DNA of 64,000 nucleotides, from contig JBAXYD010000014.1 in assembly GCA_037127635.1 (NCBI GenBank), positions 20,067-84,066 of the forward strand, read 5' to 3'. Shown here one piece after another: positions 49,232 through 58,054 of this stretch; position 1 is the first letter of the stretch, and each line of letters starts with the position of its first letter. The notes beneath the pieces were generated by a model, which saw nothing but the letters and a program-made list of their open reading frames with translations, made no database searches and had not been told where the DNA came from. The DNA comes from Betaproteobacteria bacterium. GTDB taxonomy: Bacteria > Pseudomonadota > Gammaproteobacteria > Burkholderiales > Burkholderiaceae_C. The position numbers were made by a program, and so were the translations under genes.

Positions 49232-50227
49232 ATGGATGACATCAAACCTGTGACCCTTGACAGACGCGCACTGATGCGCGCGCTTGCGGTGGCGTCCCTG
49301 GCGCCCGCCGGCGCATTCGCCCAGTCCTTCCCGGCAAAGCCCGTGCGTGTCATCACCTCCTTTCCCGCCGGCTCCGGCCCGGACGCGATGCTGAGGTTCC
49401 TGGCTGAACGGCTCTCCCGGGTGTGGGGCCAGAACGTCATCGTCGACAACCGCCCTGGCGGCGGAGGCTTCATCGCCGTGGCCGAGATGCGCAAGGCGGC
49501 ACCTGACGGCCACACCCTGCTGCACATCGATGGGCTGAACTTCACGGCCGCGCCGCACCTTTACAAGACGCTGCCTTACGACCCGGTGAACGATCTCAGG
49601 CCCATCACGCCCTTGCACGCCGGTTTCTTCTTCATCGCCGTGTCGGCCACCTCTCCGTGGCGCACGGTGGCGGACCTGATTGCCGCGGCGCGCGCCAACC
49701 CGGGCCAGGTCACCTACGGGTCCTGGCAGGTCGGCAGCATCGCCCACCTGGGTGCAGCTGCCCTGGAGACGGCTACCGGCACCCGCATGAACCACATCCC
49801 CTTCAAGGAGACCTCGCAGCTTTACACCGCCGTGGCCAGTGGCGAGGTGGGTTGGGCGTTCGGGTCTCCAGCCAGCGCGGGGCCCCTGCAGCGTGCCGGC
49901 AAGTTGCGATTCATGGCGCTGGCCGCGCAGCAGCGCCTGCCGACCTACCCCGATGTGCCCACGGTGGCCGAGTCTGGAGGTCCTGCGGGCTTTGAGACCA
50001 CGAGCTGGGTGGGCCTGTTCGGCCTGCCTGGGGTGCCTGGGGCCACGTTGGCACGCATCAGCCAGGACATCGCCCAACTCATGACCGAGCCCGAAGTGCG
50101 CGCGAAGCTGGTGGATTTCGGCTACTTCTCCCAAGCGCTCACGCCGGAGCAGACCGTCGCAAAGATCGAGCAAGAGCGGGCACGCTACGGCGTGACCGTG
50201 AGAAACGCTGCGATTCGCCTGGACTGA
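49232..50227 (+). CDS. Bug/TctC substrate-binding protein
   Basis: FP.KPVR, DNRPGGGG, PDGHTL, HIPFK, PDVPTVAE. Confidence 0.93.
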   Translation: MDDIKPVTLDRRALMRALAVASLAPAGAFAQSFPAKPVRVITSFPAGSGPDAMLRFLAERLSRVWGQNVIVDNRPGGGGFIAVAEMRKAAPDGHTLLHIDGLNFTAAPHLYKTLPYDPVNDLRPITPLHAGFFFIAVSATSPWRTVADLIAAARANPGQVTYGSWQVGSIAHLGAAALETATGTRMNHIPFKETSQLYTAVASGEVGWAFGSPASAGPLQRAGKLRFMALAAQQRLPTYPDVPTVAESGGPAGFETTSWVGLFGLPGVPGATLARISQDIAQLMTEPEVRAKLVDFGYFSQALTPEQTVAKIEQERARYGVTVRNAAIRLD

Positions 50228-50257
50228 CCCAGCGCCTTTGGCCTACCCGGAGTTTCC

Positions 50258-51709
50258 ATGGAACGTGCATTGAACTTTTTTGGCGGACGCTGGACAGCAG
50301 GCCAGGGCCAGGCCGGCGTCTGCATCAACCCAGCCACGGCCGAGCCAGCGGCCGAGTACAGCGAAGCCTCGCTTGATGAAGCGCTTGCCGCCATAGACGC
50401 CGCACGCGCGGCCTTTGACCAAGGCCCCTGGCCGCGCAGTCCTCGGCTGCGCGAAGCCGTGCTTTTGGAGTTCGCTGCCCAACTTCAGGCCCGTGCGCCC
50501 GAGATCGAGCGCTGGCTGGTTACTTTGAATGGCAAGCTGGCGCGTGAAGCGCGCGGCGAACTCGCCACTGCCGTGTCGGAACTGCGCTTCTATGCCGGGC
50601 TGGCACGCAACCTGTGGGGCCGGGTGGCCGAGATCGACAACGGCTGCTACTCCCAGATCAGCCGGGAACCCGCCGGCGTGGCGGCGATCATCGTGCCCTG
50701 GAACGCGCCGGTCATCCTGCTTATCCGTTCCCTCGCCCCAGCGCTGGCTGCAGGGTGCACGGTCGTCATCAAGGCCGCTCACCAGACCGCGCTGGTGAAC
50801 CAGCTCGTGCTGGAGTGCTTGACCCGTGTGCCCGGCTTGCCGGCGGACGTCGTGTGCTCCTTCACCGAGTCGGGTTCGGCAGTGGGGAGGGCCCTCAGCC
50901 AGTCACCCCACATTGACGTGATCAGCTTCACGGGCTCTTCAGCCACCGGCAAGCGTATCGCTGCAGACGCGGCCGGCACGCTCAAGCGGCTTTCGCTCGA
51001 GTTGGGCGGCAAGGCACCTGCCATCGTCTTGCAGGATGCACCTGTGGAGGCCACGGTGGCGGGGCTGGTGGCCGGGGCACTGCCCATGGCGGGTCAGCAG
51101 TGCACCGCGATTGCGCGCGTGCTGCTCCACCAGGATCACTTCGATGAGATGGCCACGGCACTGGCCACTCGCCTGTCCGCGCTGGTCTTGGGGCCTGGGC
51201 ATGAGCCTGCCTCCCAGTTGGGGCCCCTGATCGACCTGGGCAGTCGCGACCGCCTTGCACACCTTGCAGCCGAAGCCGCCAGTCAGGGCAAGGTCTGGCT
51301 GCAAGGGGGAGTACCCGCAGGACCCCTGGGCCGCGGCAGCTTCGTGTCCCCGACGTTGGTCGAGGTGTCTGATCTCGGCTCTCGGTACGTTCAGGACGAG
51401 TTGTTCGGTCCGGTCCTCGTGATCGAGCGTTACGGCAGTCGTGCCGAAGCCATCGAGCGTGCCAACGCCACGCGCTACGGGCTGGCTGCCAGTGTCTGGA
51501 CGACGGACAGGGCCGCTGGCCAGGCGATGGCGCGGGAGCTCAAGTCCGGCACCGTGTGGCTGAACACGCACAACAAGCTCTACCCGGAGGTCGAGACCGG
51601 TGGTTACCGCGAGAGCGGTTACGGGCGACTGCACGGGGTGGAGGGCCTGAACGACTTTCTCAGCACCAAGCACGTGTACTGGGAGAACCCACCCGTCGGT
51701 GTGGCGTAG
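50258..51709 (+). CDS. Aldehyde dehydrogenase
   Basis: PWNAP, FTGS, LELGGK, GQQC, ELFGP. Confidence 0.95.
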   Translation: MERALNFFGGRWTAGQGQAGVCINPATAEPAAEYSEASLDEALAAIDAARAAFDQGPWPRSPRLREAVLLEFAAQLQARAPEIERWLVTLNGKLAREARGELATAVSELRFYAGLARNLWGRVAEIDNGCYSQISREPAGVAAIIVPWNAPVILLIRSLAPALAAGCTVVIKAAHQTALVNQLVLECLTRVPGLPADVVCSFTESGSAVGRALSQSPHIDVISFTGSSATGKRIAADAAGTLKRLSLELGGKAPAIVLQDAPVEATVAGLVAGALPMAGQQCTAIARVLLHQDHFDEMATALATRLSALVLGPGHEPASQLGPLIDLGSRDRLAHLAAEAASQGKVWLQGGVPAGPLGRGSFVSPTLVEVSDLGSRYVQDELFGPVLVIERYGSRAEAIERANATRYGLAASVWTTDRAAGQAMARELKSGTVWLNTHNKLYPEVETGGYRESGYGRLHGVEGLNDFLSTKHVYWENPPVGVA

Positions 51710-51753
51710 CGGCCCGCGTCCCACACCTGCTTTTTTCTCACCGCGCACCCGCC

Positions 51754-52200
51754 ATGGCCGTTCTTCGTACCATCCACACAGGCCTCACCGTCCACGATCT
51801 CGAGCAGATGAAGGGCTTCTTCGTCGACTGTCTGGGGGCCCAGGCGGGCGAGACGCGGCAGATTCCCGCTGGCGAGACCCTGGGCCACATCACAGGTGTG
51901 CAGGGCGCACAGGCCCGCGTGGCCATGCTCACCTTGCCAGGCGGCCATGTGGTGGAGTTGCTTCAGTACAGCGCCCCGCCAAGCGCCACGGTCACGGCCC
52001 CGCGGCCGTGCGACATCGGCGCCGCCCACTTGGCGCTTGAAGTGGAGTCGGTGGCTAGCGTGGCGCAGGACTCGCAAGGCTTCGGATTCCAGCTTGCCGG
52101 TAGCGCGCAATTCCTGACGGGCGGCCTGTTTGCCGGCCGATGGGTGACCTACATCCGGGACAGTCATGGATTCACCCTGGAGCTCATAGGCGGGCCATGA
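51754..52200 (+). CDS. VOC/glyoxalase family protein
   Basis: HTGLTV.DL, VELLQY, HLAL.V, Y.RD..G..LEL. Confidence 0.88.
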   Translation: MAVLRTIHTGLTVHDLEQMKGFFVDCLGAQAGETRQIPAGETLGHITGVQGAQARVAMLTLPGGHVVELLQYSAPPSATVTAPRPCDIGAAHLALEVESVASVAQDSQGFGFQLAGSAQFLTGGLFAGRWVTYIRDSHGFTLELIGGP

Positions 52201-52520
52201 CCCTGACCAACGGGAAGCGATTTGAGGAGCGCGAGCGGCGCCTGTTGCTCTCGCAGCCTGGCATCGGCCCGACGGTCATCGCGCGGATGGAAGCTGCTGG
52301 CATTCACTCCTTGGGGGCCTTGCAATCGGCAGGAGTCCCCTTCGTCGTGGCGATGGTCTGCGATGGGCTCGGCACGGGTGCCTGGTCGAACCGGGCCAAG
52401 GCACTTTCGCGGGCCTTGGATCAATGGGCGACCAGGGCAGCCCCTGCGGTGGTGAGTCCTGTTGTCGGCGTGCACCGCGCAAGGCAAGCTCAGAGCCTGT
52501 GTCGCGGACGGACCATGTAG
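52197..52520 (+). CDS. Small helix-hairpin-helix domain protein (paralogue of 5575 ORF)
   Basis: ER.LLL..PGIGPTVIARME.AG, W.NR..AL.RAL; ATGA overlap with VOC. Confidence 0.72.
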   Translation: MTLTNGKRFEERERRLLLSQPGIGPTVIARMEAAGIHSLGALQSAGVPFVVAMVCDGLGTGAWSNRAKALSRALDQWATRAAPAVVSPVVGVHRARQAQSLCRGRTM

Positions 52521-52544
52521 TCTCTGGAGCTGCGTCAGCCCTCT

Positions 52545-53110
52545 TCACGAGCCCTGCGTGCGATACCACTCCATGATCTGCTCGCCCGTCCACATCACCA
52601 CGCCGGGGTGCGACAGGATGTGGTCGTACAGGGCTTCCAGGTACTTGATGCGGTGCGGCACCCCGGTGAGGTAGGGGTGGATGGAGATGGCCATCACCTT
52701 GGCCGATGTGGACCCCTCCTGGTACAGCCGGTCGAACTGGTCGCGCCCGCGCCGCAGGATCTCGTCGGAGGGCTGCTGCTGCACGGCCGAGATGACGACG
52801 TCGTTCACCTCCACCGTGTAGGGCACGGAGACCACCGGGCCGGCGCGCGTGCGCAGTGTCAGCGGCTGGTCGTCCAGCACCCAGTAGGCCACGTACTCGA
52901 TGCCGGCTTCGGCCAGCAGGTCCAGGGTCTCGTCAGTCTCGGTCAGGCCCGGGCTCTCCCAGCCGCGCACGGGCTTGCCGGTGAAGTTACGGATCGCCTT
53001 GACGGTTTCGGAGATGGCCTGCGCCTGGTCCTCCACCAGGTGCATGGGCTTCTGGACGAAGCCGTGGCCCCATGTACTCCCAGCCCGCATCGCGAGCGGC
53101 CTCGCACGCG
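52545..53110 (-). pseudogene. Polysaccharide deacetylase (PuuE-like), 5' truncated and frameshifted; contains right direct-repeat copy
   Basis: ACEAARDAGWEYMG / HGF split by an extra G near 53070; RGWESPGL, DDQP; N-terminal third absent. Confidence 0.88.
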
Positions 53111-53302
53111 TCCCGGTCATGTGGGCCTCCGATGGGTGCGCGGGCGCGGCTTCATCAATCCACGATAGAACGGTCTCAGGTCTGTCAGCTCCTGCTGGGC
53201 CGCACTGCCGCCTGGCCCAAGCACCGCCATCGCCGGCCTCGCTGTGCCATGATCGGCGCCTTCGATGACCATCCATCGACCCTCTCTTTTCCCGGAGCCG
53301 CC

Positions 53303-53914
53303 ATGGACGCCCAGCAGACCGCCTTGATTCTTGTCGGTTATCAGAACGACTATTTCGCGCCTGACGGCATTCTCAGAGGCGTGTTCGATGACCCGAGCCG
53401 GGTGGACCGAGTGCTGGCGCACTCGCTGGCCTTCATCCGCGAGGTGGCCAAGACGCCGATGGCCATCATCTCAACGCCCATCGTGCTGTCTCCTGATTAC
53501 CGTGCCTTGGCCAGCTCGGTCGGCATCCTGGATTCGATCAAGCAGGCAGGCGCCTTCAGGGAGGGAACCCCGGGAGCGCAGACCATCCCCCAGTTGCTGG
53601 AATTCGCAGACCGCATTTCCTATGTCAGCGGCAAGGTCGGGTTCAATGCCTTTTCCAATACGTCGCTTGAGGAAGAGCTTCGGCGCCGAGGCACCAAGAA
53701 TGCGCTGGTGGCCGGGATGGTCACTTCGCTGTGCATCGACTCCACTGGGCGGGCTGCCTATGAGCGGGGCTTGAGCGTGACCATCCTGTCGGACTGCACG
53801 TCCGGTCGTACGGGGGCCGAGCACGAGTTCTACTGCGAATCGATCTTCCCGCTGTATGCCCGCGCCATGACAAGCACGCAGGTTCTGCAGGAACTCCAGG
53901 CCGTGCCGGCCTGA
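53303..53914 (+). CDS. Isochorismatase-like cysteine hydrolase
   Basis: TALILVGYQNDY, GK...NAF.NT, G..TS.CIDST.R.AYERG. Confidence 0.9.
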   Translation: MDAQQTALILVGYQNDYFAPDGILRGVFDDPSRVDRVLAHSLAFIREVAKTPMAIISTPIVLSPDYRALASSVGILDSIKQAGAFREGTPGAQTIPQLLEFADRISYVSGKVGFNAFSNTSLEEELRRRGTKNALVAGMVTSLCIDSTGRAAYERGLSVTILSDCTSGRTGAEHEFYCESIFPLYARAMTSTQVLQELQAVPA

Positions 53915-53941
53915 GGGCCTTTGGGGAGGTGGGCCCTGGCC

Positions 53942-56407
53942 ATGGACGACGACAGCAGTTCAGAGCTCGCCAAGGATCTGCATGTTCAGGCCACCTATCG
54001 CCTCACCGAGGCGCTCGTGCTGTCCGAGCAGCGCATGCGCCAGCGCATCGATCTGCTCTCGGAGGTGGTGTTCGAGACCGATGCCCAAGGCCGTCTCCTC
54101 TTTCTGAACAAGGCCTGGCAAAAGACGCTGGGCCTTGAAGTCAGCGCCGGTCTGGGCAAGTCGCTGGCTGAGTTTCTTGTCCCCGAGGACCGCGTCCGCC
54201 TGGCCGAACTGTGCCTTCCGGACGCTGCCGAGCAACATCCAGACGCTCGGGCGCGCTTCAGGATGTGCCGCGCAGATGCCAGCCTGGCCTGGGTCGAGAT
54301 CTCGGTGGCCCCGGTCGAGGGCGGCGGACTCACGGGGGTGATCCGTGACATCACACGGCAAAAGCTCATCCAGGACGACATCGAGAAGCTGTCCATCGTC
54401 GCGAGCTCCACAGACAACATCGTCATCATCACCGATGCCGATGGCGGAACCGAGTGGGTGAACCGGGCCTTCACCGCGAAGACGGGCTATGTGCTGGAAG
54501 AGGTCATTGGGCAGAAGCCGGGCCGCGTGCTCCAGGGCGCAGGGACCGACCCCGAGGCGGTAGGTCGCATCCGGCTTGCCCTGGCGCGCTCGCAGTCTGT
54601 GCACGAAGAGCTGCTGAACTACACGAAATCTGGGGAGCCGTACTGGGTTTCCGTTCAGATCACCCCCGTGTGCGGCCCGGATGGCGTGGCCACGCGGTTC
54701 ATCTCGGTGCAAGGCGACGTCACCGATCGCAGGCACTACGAGCGGGAAATCCTGGCCCAGAAGGAAGCCCTGGAGGAGCGGGTGCTGAGTCGCACGGCCG
54801 AGTTGGCACTGGCCAAGGAGCAGGCCGAGGCTGCGGCGCAGGCCAAGAGCACTTTTCTGGCCCACATGAGCCATGAGATTCGCACGCCGCTGAACGCCAT
54901 CGTCGGCTTTTCCCACCTCTGCCTGCAGACGGCCCTGGAGGAGCAGCAGCGGGAATTCATTTCCAAGACCGAGCGCGCCGCGCGCACCCTGGTCCGCATC
55001 GTGGACGACATTCTCGACTTCACCAAGATCGAGGCGGGTGGCTTGCTGCTGGAGATGCGCCGCTTCTCCTTTGACGAGGTGGCGGCCAATGTGGACGCCA
55101 TCGTGGGCGAACTGGCGCGCGCCAAGGGGCTGCGCTTCGCGCTGGAGCGCAGCGCCCGCGTCCCGCCGCAAATGGTGGGCGATGCGCTGCGGCTGGAGCA
55201 GGTGCTCGTCAACCTGGGCGGCAATGCGGTCAAGTTCACTGAAGCGGGCTCGGTGACCGTCGATGTGAGGGTTCAGACCGAGTCGGCGCAGTACCTTGAT
55301 CTGAAGGTGCAGGTCAAGGACACGGGAATCGGCATGACGCCCGAACAGGTGTCACGCTTGTTCAATGCGTTCAGCCAGGCCGACAGTTCCACCACGCGCC
55401 GCTTTGGTGGGACGGGCCTGGGCCTGGCGATAAGCAAGCGTCTGATCGAACAGATGGGGGGACAGATCGCTGTGCGAAGCGAGCCCGGGCTCGGCAGCGT
55501 CTTCAGTTTCACCGCACGATTGGCCCGGTATCTGTCCGTGTCGGCAGGTCACGCAGCTGTGGAACCCGCCCGGCCGACGGATCTGAGCGTGGCTGGTTGG
55601 CAACAGGAGTTGCAGGGTCTGCGGGTGTTGGTGGCCGAGGACAACGACTTCAACCAGGTGGTGATCCGGGAAATGTTGCGCTTGGCAGGGGTCGTGGTCA
55701 CGATGGCCGCCAATGGCCGCGAACTGCTGGCTGTGCTCGTCGCTGCCCAGCCCAAAGCCTTCGACCTGGTTCTGATGGACATGCAGATGCCGGAAATGGA
55801 CGGCCTCGAGGCGACCCGAAGGATTCGTCAGATGCCCGACTGGGCAGATCTGCTGATCGTCTCGATGACCGCCAACGTGACCCTGGAGGACCGAAATCGA
55901 TGTCTTGCGGCGGGGATGGACGACTTCATCCCCAAGCCGATTGAGGCCAAGCTTCTCTACGCAACGCTGCGCAAGTGGTCATTGCATCTGGGCTTGCGGG
56001 GCGGTGCACGCCCCCCGAGCTTGGACCGCCCGCAAGATGTGGCCCAGGGCCGCACTGCCTTGCGCCAACCCGTGCTCATGGACAAACTGGCGCAGAGCAA
56101 CCCGACAGCTTCCGCCAAACTGATTCGCCTGTTCATTGAGAAGACGGGTGAAGGCGTGGAAGACATGCGCAAGGCCCTGGCGGCGGAAGACTTCGCCGCG
56201 CTCGGGCATCTTGGGCACAAGTTCAAGTCCTCATCGGCCGCCATGGGGCAGGAGGAGTTCGCGCATGGTTGTGCCGCGCTGGAGGCTGCCGCCAGGGACC
56301 GCAATCCGCTCGATTGCCAGGCCGCCGTCGAAACCTTGGTTGCCCTTTGGCACCCGCTTCGCCCGGGCCTCTCAGCGGGGGCCGCAGGGCTGACGGCGCC
56401 GGGCTGA
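53942..56407 (+). CDS. Soluble hybrid histidine kinase (PAS-PAS-HisKA-HATPase-REC-Hpt)
   Basis: [41 protein letters not shown]. Confidence 0.94.
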   Translation: MDDDSSSELAKDLHVQATYRLTEALVLSEQRMRQRIDLLSEVVFETDAQGRLLFLNKAWQKTLGLEVSAGLGKSLAEFLVPEDRVRLAELCLPDAAEQHPDARARFRMCRADASLAWVEISVAPVEGGGLTGVIRDITRQKLIQDDIEKLSIVASSTDNIVIITDADGGTEWVNRAFTAKTGYVLEEVIGQKPGRVLQGAGTDPEAVGRIRLALARSQSVHEELLNYTKSGEPYWVSVQITPVCGPDGVATRFISVQGDVTDRRHYEREILAQKEALEERVLSRTAELALAKEQAEAAAQAKSTFLAHMSHEIRTPLNAIVGFSHLCLQTALEEQQREFISKTERAARTLVRIVDDILDFTKIEAGGLLLEMRRFSFDEVAANVDAIVGELARAKGLRFALERSARVPPQMVGDALRLEQVLVNLGGNAVKFTEAGSVTVDVRVQTESAQYLDLKVQVKDTGIGMTPEQVSRLFNAFSQADSSTTRRFGGTGLGLAISKRLIEQMGGQIAVRSEPGLGSVFSFTARLARYLSVSAGHAAVEPARPTDLSVAGWQQELQGLRVLVAEDNDFNQVVIREMLRLAGVVVTMAANGRELLAVLVAAQPKAFDLVLMDMQMPEMDGLEATRRIRQMPDWADLLIVSMTANVTLEDRNRCLAAGMDDFIPKPIEAKLLYATLRKWSLHLGLRGGARPPSLDRPQDVAQGRTALRQPVLMDKLAQSNPTASAKLIRLFIEKTGEGVEDMRKALAAEDFAALGHLGHKFKSSSAAMGQEEFAHGCAALEAAARDRNPLDCQAAVETLVALWHPLRPGLSAGAAGLTAPG

Positions 56408-56443
56408 CGGGGCGCGGCGGCCGGGTGCGGCGGCGGGGGCTGG

Positions 56444-57154
56444 TCAGAGCAGGGATGACTGCACGGGTGATGCAGGGACGCCGGCCAGGGGCGGCGGCGG
56501 CGCCGAACTCGCACCGAAGATTTCCACCGGTGCCAGCTTAAGCAGGCCGTTGGCGTCCTCCTGGCTGCCCAGCAGCCAGGCGTCCACATCCTCCAACTCG
56601 ATGGGGATGACCGAGCGCTTGTCCTGCTGTTCGGGGCCGAGCTTCGGGTCGGGCTTGTGCATGCGCCGCATCAGCGGGTGGGCGTCAGCGTTCAGGGTCA
56701 GCATGGTGTAGCTCTCCACCACCTCGCCCGTGGCCGGGTCGACCCAGGTGTTCCACAGCCCTGCCAGGCCCCAGGGCTGACCGTCGGCGCGCCGAAAGCT
56801 CCACCACACGTTGCGCCCGGTCTCCCAGCAGGGCTCGTCAAACACCCACGCGGGGATCACGCAGCGTTGCCCGCGTTGCCAGGGTCCGCGGTAGCTGGCC
56901 TTCTGGGCGAGTTCTTCTGAGCGCGCGTTGTTGGTCTGGTAGCTCAGCTTGGCTGTCTTGGCAAAGTGCGGCACCAGGGCCCACTGGCCGACTACGAGTT
57001 CGCGCTGGCCCGGTTGACTCTGGTGGGCACGGATGAAGGGGCCGGGTGCCCGCGGGTACACCCCGGGCGCCCAGCGGCCTGCGGGCTGTCGGGCGCCGAG
57101 ATGCCAGTGGCGTTCAATGTCACCTTGAGCGGGCGCGACGTAGCGGTTGCACAT
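56444..57154 (-). CDS. SOS response-associated peptidase (SRAP/YedK, HMCES family)
   Basis: N-terminal MCNRY, NARSE, RC.IP...F.E, AGLW. Confidence 0.9.
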   Translation of the reverse strand: MCNRYVAPAQGDIERHWHLGARQPAGRWAPGVYPRAPGPFIRAHQSQPGQRELVVGQWALVPHFAKTAKLSYQTNNARSEELAQKASYRGPWQRGQRCVIPAWVFDEPCWETGRNVWWSFRRADGQPWGLAGLWNTWVDPATGEVVESYTMLTLNADAHPLMRRMHKPDPKLGPEQQDKRSVIPIELEDVDAWLLGSQEDANGLLKLAPVEIFGASSAPPPPLAGVPASPVQSSLL

Positions 57155-57200
57155 GGGCGCAGGTTCTCGACGCGGGGCTGCCCGCCTGCGGGGGTGATGG

Positions 57201-57518
57201 TCAGTCCAGGCGCAGGAACACCCGGCCACCCTCGATGCGCACGGGGTAGGTGCGCAGCGCGTCGGTCGCGGGCTCGCAGGTGGCTTGGCCGCTGCGAACG
57301 TCGAACCGGCCCTGGTGCAGTGGACACTCGATCTCGTGGTCCAACAGGAAGCCGTTGCACAGCCGGCCTGGCCCGTGGGTGCACAGGTTGTCGGTGGCAA
57401 AGACCTCCTCGCCCACGCTGTAGAGGGCGATCTCGCGCCCGTCCAGTGTCACGGCCTTGACGTCGCCGGCGGGCAGGTCGGCCGCGGCCAGCGCATCGGT
57501 CCAGTGTTCGTTGGTCAT
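57201..57518 (-). CDS. nagAb: Rieske-type ferredoxin of ring-hydroxylating oxygenase
   Basis: CTH...IECPLHQGRFD. Confidence 0.88.
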   Translation of the reverse strand: MTNEHWTDALAAADLPAGDVKAVTLDGREIALYSVGEEVFATDNLCTHGPGRLCNGFLLDHEIECPLHQGRFDVRSGQATCEPATDALRTYPVRIEGGRVFLRLD

Positions 57519-57547
57519 GGGGTCTCGTGTCCGCCTGGGTGTGGCGC

Positions 57548-58051
57548 TCAGATGGGGTAGATGATGGAGTTGGGGATCATCTCGCTGTCGTAGATGCACT
57601 CGCGCGAGGCGAACTTCAGGCCGTCCGGGGTGCGCACGATGGTGTCCAGGTAGCGGCCCACGTTGAACACCGTGGACACCTCCGACAGCTTGGTGCGAAA
57701 GACGGCGTAGTTGGCCTCGCAGCGCCAGCGCCCGGGGTCGGCCTGGGCCTCGCGCACGACGGGCATGCCCACCACGTGGCGCTGGTAGTACGGGTCGTGG
57801 AACAGGGTTTCCTGGATGCCGTAGGCGCGGTCCTTCAGCATGCCCTTGCTGGTGAAGGCCAGCGTGGCCAGCGGAAATCCGCGCTCGTGGTTCTCGCGCG
57901 GCTGCAGGCGGTAAATGCCGTCTTCGGTGAAGAACTCGGGCCAGAGGTCCCACTGGCCGGAATCCACGGCGCTGGCGTAGTCGGCATAGAGCTGCGTGAT
58001 GGCCAGCCAGTCCTCGAAGCTCAGCTCAGGCGTGTTCGTGTTCGGGCTCAT
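57548..58051 (-). CDS. nagH: Salicylate 5-hydroxylase small subunit
   Basis: PRENHERGFPLA, HDPYYQRH, YDSEMIPNSIIYPI. Confidence 0.88.
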   Translation of the reverse strand: MSPNTNTPELSFEDWLAITQLYADYASAVDSGQWDLWPEFFTEDGIYRLQPRENHERGFPLATLAFTSKGMLKDRAYGIQETLFHDPYYQRHVVGMPVVREAQADPGRWRCEANYAVFRTKLSEVSTVFNVGRYLDTIVRTPDGLKFASRECIYDSEMIPNSIIYPI

Positions 58052-58054
58052 CGC

